From Candidatus Saccharimonas aalborgensis (GTDB lineage: Bacteria > Patescibacteriota > Saccharimonadia > Saccharimonadales > Saccharimonadaceae), in assembly GCF_000392435.1 (NCBI RefSeq), contig NC_021219.1:240001-272000 (forward strand): 32,000 bases of DNA. The letters run 5' to 3'. Made by a program: the position numbers and the translations under genes. This document shows, piece after piece, positions 1-7,278 of this stretch (positions are counted from its first letter, which is position 1; each line of letters begins with the position of its first letter). The notes below the pieces were generated by a model. That model ran no database searches and was not told the DNA's origin. It was given only the letters and a program-made list of their open reading frames with translations.

Positions 1-2
1 CG

Positions 3-755
3 GTAGGTGCCAATGGCGCAGCTGTTGTTCTCACCAGCAACGCTGACTACACATTTAGTGGAACTGTCTCGAAATTTAGTAACTTCCCAGCTGGTGATTC
101 CTTTGTCGTCAAAAAAGGTACCGGTACAGCAACTCTCACTGGCGGTCTCGATACAAGCTATATCGCAGGTGTCGCCCCAGTATTTGGCGCCCAAGAAGGA
201 TCACTTATCTTAAATGGTGTATTTACGGAAGCGGGTACGCAGGTCTTGAGTGGCGCGACACTCAAAGGCACTGGAACAGTTGGCGCTGTCACTGTCGATA
301 ACGGCGGCGCAGTGAGTGTTGGCAATAGCCCTGGTTGTATGACCTTCGGCTCACTGACCCTCAACTCTGGCTCCACATACACGCAAGAGATCTCTGGCAC
401 AACCGCCTGTACACAGTACGACCAAGCAACCGTCACCGGCGCCGCAGTGCTTGGCAATGCGACTCTAGCTACTACACTAAGTACAAACCCTGCTGACGGC
501 ACTGTCTTCACAATCTTGACCGCAGCGTCGGTCAGCGGCACATTTAACGGTCTCCCAGACGGCGCTACCGTGAACGTCAACGGCGTTACACTACGTATTA
601 ACTACACCGCAACATCAGTCACCTTGACGAAAGTTGGCGGTAACCTTGCACCAACCGGATCGTCTACCGCTATCTACGGGCTACTCGGTCTATGTATGGT
701 GCTGCTTTCCACTCTTGCACTCAGACGTTATCGATTTAACAATCACACTAATTAG
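3..755 (+). CDS. C-terminal part of a secreted/surface beta-repeat protein (autotransporter-associated-repeat-like) ending in an LAPTG sorting-like signal; 5' truncated by the window
   Basis: Frame 3 is open from the window edge (VGANGAAVVLTSNADYTFSGTV...) through the 246..755 ORF. It is Gly/Thr/Val-rich with GTGTVGAVTVDNGGAVSVGNSPGCMTFGSLTLNSGSTYTQEI, then LAPTG + hydrophobic helix + RRYRF tail. Confidence 0.75.
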   Translation, partial: VGANGAAVVLTSNADYTFSGTVSKFSNFPAGDSFVVKKGTGTATLTGGLDTSYIAGVAPVFGAQEGSLILNGVFTEAGTQVLSGATLKGTGTVGAVTVDNGGAVSVGNSPGCMTFGSLTLNSGSTYTQEISGTTACTQYDQATVTGAAVLGNATLATTLSTNPADGTVFTILTAASVSGTFNGLPDGATVNVNGVTLRINYTATSVTLTKVGGNLAPTGSSTAIYGLLGLCMVLLSTLALRRYRFNNHTN

Positions 756-768
756 CCGGAGGTAACCT

Positions 769-1407
769 ATGAAAGCTAAGCTACTGATCGCTGCCCTTGT
801 CAGCTGTGCCGTGATTGCTGGAGGAGTATTCCTCTTTGTTAGCAAGAGTAACCCTAACGCACCGAGTGGTGGAGCAACCCCCTCGCAAAATAACACATCT
901 GATACAACACCAGACTCACCAAAACTCAAAGCCCAAACCGTTGGTCAATTAGCCGACTGCTCTACCTACACGTTTGACGAACTCAGCAAGGTCTGGGGTG
1001 TGCCCTTTGTTGATACCGATATCAACAAAGTCTCCGAGTTGTCGACAAGCGGCGGCAAGCTATACTCCTGTACCTACAACCAGACCGATTCCGGCACCGG
1101 TGTGAGCTATGTCATAGAATACCGTGAACATCCGAGCGTTGAAAGCGCAAAGCAAAGCATGAACGACACTCGCAGCACCGAAAAATACGGCGACAAAGTG
1201 TATTACCTCAAAGAGGACAAAGCCGGCGTCGGTGACGAAGCATTTTTCTGGGCGCGTAACCGCACTGACGGCAGTAAGGAGCCCAATCAACAGATGTATA
1301 TCCGGAAGGGAGCTGTCGTATTCCTTCTCTCAGCGATAAATCTCGATGGTGTCAATTCGACCTACAAAGATAAGCTAGTATCTTCTTATAAATTACACTA
1401 TGAATAA
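769..1407 (+). CDS. Hypothetical secreted/membrane-anchored protein (N-terminal signal/TM segment, Ser/Thr-rich linker)
   Basis: 212-aa ORF, N-terminus MKAKLLIAALVSCAVIAGGVFLFV, preceded by GGAGG Shine-Dalgarno. Confidence 0.75.
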   Translation: MKAKLLIAALVSCAVIAGGVFLFVSKSNPNAPSGGATPSQNNTSDTTPDSPKLKAQTVGQLADCSTYTFDELSKVWGVPFVDTDINKVSELSTSGGKLYSCTYNQTDSGTGVSYVIEYREHPSVESAKQSMNDTRSTEKYGDKVYYLKEDKAGVGDEAFFWARNRTDGSKEPNQQMYIRKGAVVFLLSAINLDGVNSTYKDKLVSSYKLHYE

Positions 1408-1418
1408 ATATTCAGCCG

Positions 1419-2054
1419 TTAGAACTGACTACTAAAGGCGCGTAAGTGGTTCTCGGAACCCCTACGAAGCCCCTCTAGGGTCAAGATAACGTCCTGATCA
1501 CTGGCAGTTTTGAGCTGAGCGTTGATATCTGCAATATCTTTTTCCTCGATTGCAATCCCGGCCTTATATGCCTGGATAACGCTTTTGCTACCTTGAGCGA
1601 TCAGTTGATTATACAGGGTCTGTAGTTCTTGATTACGAAATACTCCGAGTTCGGCCGACCGCGGATCAGCAACATTTCGCGCTTGGAGCAACGTCAGAAC
1701 TCGGCTTTGATGTGCCTGTTCGCTACTAAGTATGTTACCGAATACCCTAACTCCATAGAGCTCATACATCTTTGTGTAGACATCGTGTGCAAGCTTCTCT
1801 TCCTCAATAAGGTACAACAGGAGCGACTCTGTCGTGTCTTTGGTAGCAGAACCTTGTTCAATTGTAGAATCAAACGCATTGGAATTATTTGCTACCATGT
1901 TTGTTTGAATCTTATTCGTGGGAGAGGGCTCATACCGAATGGCGACACTATAACCTACTACACCCGCTAGTATCGTTATTGCTATAGCTATTATAGCGGT
2001 AATTGTTATTCGAAGTTGTGTCATATTCTGTCCTTTCAACTTATACGCACACAT
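1419..2054 (-). CDS. DUF2202-like, ferritin-like helical domain protein with N-terminal TM anchor
   Basis: Motifs LLYLIEEEKLAHDVYTKMYELYGVRVFGNILSSEQAHQSRVLTLLQ resemble the DUF2202 pattern. The real start may be the MTQLRITITAI methionine at about 2021. Confidence 0.75.
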   Translation of the reverse strand: MCAYKLKGQNMTQLRITITAIIAIAITILAGVVGYSVAIRYEPSPTNKIQTNMVANNSNAFDSTIEQGSATKDTTESLLLYLIEEEKLAHDVYTKMYELYGVRVFGNILSSEQAHQSRVLTLLQARNVADPRSAELGVFRNQELQTLYNQLIAQGSKSVIQAYKAGIAIEEKDIADINAQLKTASDQDVILTLEGLRRGSENHLRAFSSQF

Positions 2055-2097
2055 AAGTGTACATAGTCTCGCTGAAAAACAGCTGAATGATTTTATA

Positions 2098-2433
2098 CTA
2101 ACTGGTGACGCTTTTTAGCTCACTCTCTAGCACATTGGCAGGTCGTGCCCCTACAAGTTCCTTGACAACCTTGCCACCCTTAAAGACTTGCATATTAGGA
2201 ATACCCCGCACGCCATATTTGCTTGCCAACTGGCTATTGTCCGCCGATGCTTCGACATCAATCTTAATGACGTCAAGCACATCATCCATCTTCTTTGCCA
2301 CATCTTCAAGAATTGGCGCCATCACGCGACACGGTGGACACCACGTTGCCCAAAAATCTACGAGCACTATCTTTTTACTTTTTAGAACTTTGTCATCAAA
2401 TTCTTGATTTGTTGTTGTACTATAAAGAGCCAC
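2098..2433 (-). CDS. trxA: Thioredoxin-like protein with WCPPC active site
   Basis: VLVDFWATWCPPCRVMAPILEDVA... KYGVRGIPNMQVFKGGKVV; complete thioredoxin-fold length. Confidence 0.92.
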   Translation of the reverse strand: MALYSTTTNQEFDDKVLKSKKIVLVDFWATWCPPCRVMAPILEDVAKKMDDVLDVIKIDVEASADNSQLASKYGVRGIPNMQVFKGGKVVKELVGARPANVLESELKSVTS

Positions 2434-2465
2434 TAAACACCTCCCGATAATTTGTAATACTAATG

Positions 2466-2861
2466 CTAGTGCGTAACGACCTTATCAAGCATTTTGGCAT
2501 CATCAATCCATGCCTGCACCTCAGACTCAGTTGGCAAACGACGTACAAGTCGGGCGTGTGATTGCATGGCCGCAACGAGATTCGCTGCGTTTCGCTGTGC
2601 AAGCTCAGTCGGACTGTCGACACCAACCGCTTCGAGCAGGTCAGAATATTCTTCACCAACACCCTTGATGCGCATGAGGTCTGCACGATTTACCCACTCA
2701 AGTACCGTTGCTTCGCTTGCCCCCACCTGACTCGCTAGGGCAACTCGTCCTGCCTTTGGACCAGCAACCTCTAGTAACTTTTCAGTAGTTCGTATGCCCG
2801 CTTCAGCTAGTTTGTCTGCCCATTTTGCACCGATTCCTTCGATATCTACAATACTTGTCAT
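2466..2861 (-). CDS. Helix-hairpin-helix (DUF4332-like) protein
   Basis: Repeated HhH-like segments IEGIGAKWADKLAEAGIRT and MRIKGVGEEYSDLLEAVGVDSP. Confidence 0.8.
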   Translation of the reverse strand: MTSIVDIEGIGAKWADKLAEAGIRTTEKLLEVAGPKAGRVALASQVGASEATVLEWVNRADLMRIKGVGEEYSDLLEAVGVDSPTELAQRNAANLVAAMQSHARLVRRLPTESEVQAWIDDAKMLDKVVTH

Positions 2862-2940
2862 TTCACACTCTCCTTATGATTCGTGATACTTCGTATTATA
2901 CGCCCCCTCGATATACGTTACTAGCATCATTAGTCCACTA

Positions 2941-3606
2941 CTATAAGAGGTGCTTCGTATAGCCACGACGTATTAATTCGTTATAGGCATCAAGTACGTC
3001 TGGTGGTATATCTTGGGTTATTTGGAATCCTTTTTTTGGATATAACATTACCCGTTGAAGATCACCCACCATTGTGTTAACCGTGTGCGAAAAGTCATAG
3101 CGCGCGTCGCTTGTGTACTCATCGAAACTAGCTTTTATAGTAGTGGTCATGATGCGTGGCTTTGGATCCGCTGGCCACTGCTGCATGAAGGTCGCATAGG
3201 TCCGTCTCAGCATAAATGGTTTTTGAACGAGTAGTATACTCGATGCCCTCAGCCCCAATTCGACAATCATTTTATATCCAAAAATAATGTTTTCACCTGT
3301 GTTCGTGGCATGTTCTTCTTTTATAATTACGCTGGGTGGTATGCCAAGTTTAATCATCCTTTGTTCAAGCATCTCCGCTTCACTACGATCAAAAAACTTG
3401 CCTGTTGACCCGCTGTCTCCTGAAACGAGGATGGCAGGAGCATATCCTGCTTGATAGATTTCTGCGGCGCGATCAGCAATCCGTACATCATCACTTCCAA
3501 GCACAAAAATCAGATCAGTCTTTTCGATCGGCTGTTCATAACGCATATAGTCCCAAACGATCTTGGCAAGATCTCGGTCAGACTGCTGCAACACGAGCCT
3601 TCTCAC
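2941..3606 (-). CDS. YdcF/SanA-like (DUF218) family protein
   Basis: LVLGSDD-type start (FVLGSDDVRIADRAAEIYQAGYAPAILVSGD), EEHATNTGENI, HMW-like core of DUF218. Confidence 0.85.
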   Translation of the reverse strand: MRRLVLQQSDRDLAKIVWDYMRYEQPIEKTDLIFVLGSDDVRIADRAAEIYQAGYAPAILVSGDSGSTGKFFDRSEAEMLEQRMIKLGIPPSVIIKEEHATNTGENIIFGYKMIVELGLRASSILLVQKPFMLRRTYATFMQQWPADPKPRIMTTTIKASFDEYTSDARYDFSHTVNTMVGDLQRVMLYPKKGFQITQDIPPDVLDAYNELIRRGYTKHLL

Positions 3607-4477
3607 GACAGGACATAGTATGAAATAGATTTTCTTTATTGTTCATACATGACTTACATATCAGCACCAACTCATTACAGCTTGGCTCAGCACAATTCTC
3701 GTAATTGCTGGTTGGTCCATCACAATGCACACACCTCCCAATAGTCTTGGTATGATCACTAAAGTTCATTCCCATGCGACCATCGAAGACATAGAGCTGG
3801 CCTTCCCACAATCCATCATCACCATATGCCTCACCGTATTTCACGATGCCTCCATCAATTTGGTAAACATCTTTGAAGCCACGCTGCTTCATCATAGCGC
3901 TCAGGAGTTCACAGCGCACACCGCCCGTACAATAACTAATCACTTTTTTGTCTTTGAGATCGTCATATTTACCGCTCTCAAGTTCACGCTTGAAGTCACG
4001 GCTCGTCCGCGTATCGGGCACGACAGCATTTTTGAACTGGCCTACTTTTGCTTCGTAGTGATTGCGTCCGTCAAAAAACACCACGTTATCACCATATTTC
4101 TCAACCATTTCGTTAACCTCATGAGGCTTAAGGTGAGGGCCCCTTCCCACTACTCCGTTTGTGTCGATCTTGATTTCGTCCCATGTTTCAAATGCTACAA
4201 GTTCCTTTTTGACTTTTACGCTCATGCGCGGGAAATCATCGCGTGAACCATCGGACCACTTCCATAAGATATCTTTAAATCCCGGGAATGCTTTTGTGGC
4301 TTTAATGTAGCGCTTGAGATCATCGATATCCCCGCCAACCGTACCGTTGATACCTTGCGTACTTACGAGGATCCGACCTTTTAGATTGAGTGAATCGCAG
4401 AGAGTTTTTTGCCATAACTTTAAAAGCTCAGGATCATCGATTGGGAAAAACTTATAGTACAGCAGTATTTTTTGCAT
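3578..4477 (-). CDS. trhO: tRNA uridine(34) hydroxylase TrhO / YceA-type rhodanese
   Basis: FYKF(F)PIDDPE...GRILVSTQGINGTVGG; rhodanese active-site loop VISYCTGGVRCE; C-terminal Cys cluster CVHCDGP...CAEPSCNELVLICKSC. Start placed at MQKILLYYKF rather than the 4534 ORF start. Confidence 0.93.
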   Translation of the reverse strand: MQKILLYYKFFPIDDPELLKLWQKTLCDSLNLKGRILVSTQGINGTVGGDIDDLKRYIKATKAFPGFKDILWKWSDGSRDDFPRMSVKVKKELVAFETWDEIKIDTNGVVGRGPHLKPHEVNEMVEKYGDNVVFFDGRNHYEAKVGQFKNAVVPDTRTSRDFKRELESGKYDDLKDKKVISYCTGGVRCELLSAMMKQRGFKDVYQIDGGIVKYGEAYGDDGLWEGQLYVFDGRMGMNFSDHTKTIGRCVHCDGPTSNYENCAEPSCNELVLICKSCMNNKENLFHTMSCREKARVAAV

Positions 4478-4556
4478 ACTATTATTGTACCGTTTTTTTA
4501 TATGTAAGTTCAAACCTATATTTTTACTACTCACCGCTGAGCAAATATGTTTTTTA

Positions 4557-4565
4557 TGCTATAAA
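4557..4565 (+). promoter_or_regulatory. Putative extended -10 promoter (TGCTATAAA) for ABC exporter leader
   Basis: TGCTATAAA; no clear -35. Confidence 0.4.
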
Positions 4566-4746
4566 CTCTTGCAAACAATACCTTTACCAGGCATAATGGT
4601 AGGACTATGAACCATTCTAACGGTTCCTCTACTCGCAAATGTTGGGACGGTCCCAACCGCTCGCGGAATAATTAACACCTATCAGGTGGTATCGAAAACA
4701 TGGGTTATTTTTTGCCCGTGAACTAATTACTGCCCCAAGGAGAACC

Positions 4747-6516
4747 ATGCAGGAACCAAAAGCCAATACCAAAGCTATCAAAAAAACGCTTCGCCTCTAC
4801 CTTAGTATCATCACGAGGGGTTGGCGCTATACCCTCTCTATTACCATCGCTGTTGCGCTGGGGAGTATTCTTATCTTTTATGTACCCCCTCTCATCATCG
4901 CGGCACTTTTACGACATACAGGCGATCTTCATTTTGAAGCGTTTTGGCCCTACGTCTTTTGGTTTGGCCTCGCGTGGCTGGTGGGTGAACTGTTCTGGCG
5001 CGTCGCCCTCCACTTGATGATCCGTTTTGAGATTAAAACCATTCGCACTCTCTATAAGGACGCGCTTGCTACTTTGCTCGAGAAAGATCTCCTGTTCTTT
5101 CATAACCGTTTTGCTGGCACCATCACAAAGAATACGCTTGCTTACGCACGACGATTTGAGGGATTTTTTGACACCATTGTATTTGAAGTGGTGTCGCAGT
5201 TGTTTCCCGCTATCTTTGCTGCCATTGTCTTATGGACTATCAGCCCGTGGTTATCGGTGACACTTATGATAATGATGTTGGTGGGCGTGGTAATCGTCAT
5301 CCCCCTTGTCACGCGCCGTATCAAACTTGTTCGCGATCGCGAGGATGCACATGCCACGATGTCTGGACATATTGCCGATGTTATCGCAAATGTTGCCGCA
5401 GTGAAGGCCTATGGTGCCGAACAAGATGAACACACGACTCACCGACATCATGTCGATTCATTTATAGAAAAGGCGGCCAAGAGTTGGCACTATCAAAATA
5501 ATCGAATCGACATGGCGATTTCACCACTTTATGTTGCAACAAATGTCGTGGGACTTTGGATCGTACTGAGTCTGGGGGTTGATGCATCCACAAAAGCGAA
5601 TCTTTTTATTGGCTACAGTTACTTTGCAACAGTGACGCGTTTCCTGTGGTCGTTCAATAGTGTGTACCGGCGTCTTGAAGAAGCGATTACTGAGGCTTCG
5701 CTCTTTACTGCATACCTGCTAGAGAAACCAAAAATTTCTGATGCAGCAGATGCAAAACCACTGAACGTTTCGGTTGGGAATATTGTGTTTGACGATGTTA
5801 CTTTCACACATTCAGAAAACCCAGATGCGCTATTTAGAGACTTTACCCTCACTATCGCGCCTGGCGAAAAAGTTGGCCTCGTCGGACCTTCGGGAGCAGG
5901 TAAGTCAACGTTTGTAGCGCTACTACTACGCTTTATGGACATCGATGCCGGTCGGATTACGATCGACGGACAAACTATTGCTGATGTTACCCAACAAAGC
6001 CTTCATAGAAGTATCGCCTATGTACCTCAGGAACCCGTCCTCTTTCATCGAACACTGCGCGAAAATATTGCCTACGGCAAACGGCACGCGAGTGATGCAG
6101 ACATTATTACTGCTGCGAAACAAGCCAATGCCTGGGACTTTATCGCACAACTTCCTCAAGGTCTTGATACCCTCGTTGGCGAACGTGGTGTGAAACTAAG
6201 TGGTGGTCAGCGGCAACGTATTGCTATTGCCCGCGCCATGCTGAAAGATGCACCAATTTTAGTACTAGACGAGGCGACATCTGCCCTCGACAGCGAGAGC
6301 GAGAAACTTATCCAGGCGAGCCTCGGCGACCTCATGAAAGATCGCACCAGTATCGTCATTGCTCATCGACTCTCCACGATTGCAAAGCTTGATCGTATCG
6401 TCGTCCTCGATCGCGGCACCATTGCTGAGAACGGAACGCATGGCGAATTACTACAGCAACATGGCATTTACGCAAAACTGTGGGCGCACCAGAGTGGCGG
6501 ATTTATCGAAGAATAG
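4747..6516 (+). CDS. ABC transporter, fused permease and ATP-binding subunit (exporter type)
   Basis: TM domain followed by Walker A GPSGAGKST, signature LSGGQRQR, Walker B ILVLDEATSALD; AAGGAG SD upstream of ATG. Confidence 0.95.
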   Translation: MQEPKANTKAIKKTLRLYLSIITRGWRYTLSITIAVALGSILIFYVPPLIIAALLRHTGDLHFEAFWPYVFWFGLAWLVGELFWRVALHLMIRFEIKTIRTLYKDALATLLEKDLLFFHNRFAGTITKNTLAYARRFEGFFDTIVFEVVSQLFPAIFAAIVLWTISPWLSVTLMIMMLVGVVIVIPLVTRRIKLVRDREDAHATMSGHIADVIANVAAVKAYGAEQDEHTTHRHHVDSFIEKAAKSWHYQNNRIDMAISPLYVATNVVGLWIVLSLGVDASTKANLFIGYSYFATVTRFLWSFNSVYRRLEEAITEASLFTAYLLEKPKISDAADAKPLNVSVGNIVFDDVTFTHSENPDALFRDFTLTIAPGEKVGLVGPSGAGKSTFVALLLRFMDIDAGRITIDGQTIADVTQQSLHRSIAYVPQEPVLFHRTLRENIAYGKRHASDADIITAAKQANAWDFIAQLPQGLDTLVGERGVKLSGGQRQRIAIARAMLKDAPILVLDEATSALDSESEKLIQASLGDLMKDRTSIVIAHRLSTIAKLDRIVVLDRGTIAENGTHGELLQQHGIYAKLWAHQSGGFIEE

Positions 6517-6567
6517 GTATAGTCGAGTTTACTAGATTATTGGTTCGTAGCTTGTTAGGCTAGAGGT

Positions 6568-7278
6568 ATGAGTTACGAACCAATTATCCACACCGTTCAG
6601 GCAAGCATATTGCGGCAACTACTGTTTACACCACGGGCATCATTTGCTGACTTGCAAAAAGAGACAAATCTATCGAGCGATCATTTCACCTTTCACATAA
6701 AGAAACTTATCGAATCAGGCCTCATCGAAAAAAATGCCTCCCAGTATCAACTAACTCTCACCGGCAAAGAATATGCCAATCGTATGGACACTGATAGTCA
6801 TGTCATAGAGCGCCAACCAAAAGTTTCCACGCTACTGATTGTCGAGCGCACACTACCTGATGGCACCTACCAGTACCTTGTCCAACAGCGCCTCAAGCAA
6901 CCTTTTTATGGATTTTGGGGACTGTTTGGCGGAAAAGTCGGCTGGGGAGAATCATTTGAGGACACCGCTAGGCGTGAGCTTAAAGAGGAATCAGGTCTTG
7001 ACGGCACCTTTGTCTACAAATTTCTGCACCGAAAACGTGATTACAAAAAATCAGATAATTCCCTGCTTGAGGATAAAGTATTTGCCGTAATGTTCTGCGA
7101 TAATGCGAGTGGCACACTCAAAACTGAGTTTGAGGGAGGTCACAATGAATGGCTCACGATTGACTCATTACGAGCAAAGGACAACTATTTCTCAGATGCT
7201 CCACTCCTGCTTGAAATGGCGCATAGCCCTGAGCAGTATATTGCAAAAGACTATTTCTATACGAGCGAAGAATACTAG
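6568..7278 (+). CDS. NUDIX hydrolase with N-terminal winged-helix-like domain
   Basis: Perfect Nudix box GKVGWGESFEDTARRELKEESGL; N-terminal region HTVQASILRQLLFTPRASFADLQKETNLSSDHFTFHIKKL is wHTH-like. Confidence 0.9.
   Translation: MSYEPIIHTVQASILRQLLFTPRASFADLQKETNLSSDHFTFHIKKLIESGLIEKNASQYQLTLTGKEYANRMDTDSHVIERQPKVSTLLIVERTLPDGTYQYLVQQRLKQPFYGFWGLFGGKVGWGESFEDTARRELKEESGLDGTFVYKFLHRKRDYKKSDNSLLEDKVFAVMFCDNASGTLKTEFEGGHNEWLTIDSLRAKDNYFSDAPLLLEMAHSPEQYIAKDYFYTSEEY

Noticed and set aside
4478-4534. Upstream extension of trhO to the 4534 start
   Set aside because: The extra 19 residues (MSSKNIGLNLHIKKRYNNS) are Asn/Lys-rich and precede the conserved MQKILLYYKF start typical of the family.
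4676-4720. T-box-like sequence AGGTGGTATCG upstream of the ABC exporter
   Set aside because: It resembles AGGGUGGUACCGCG only partially, no antiterminator partner (CG..CCCU) follows, no stem I/specifier features are visible, and the downstream gene is not a typical T-box target.
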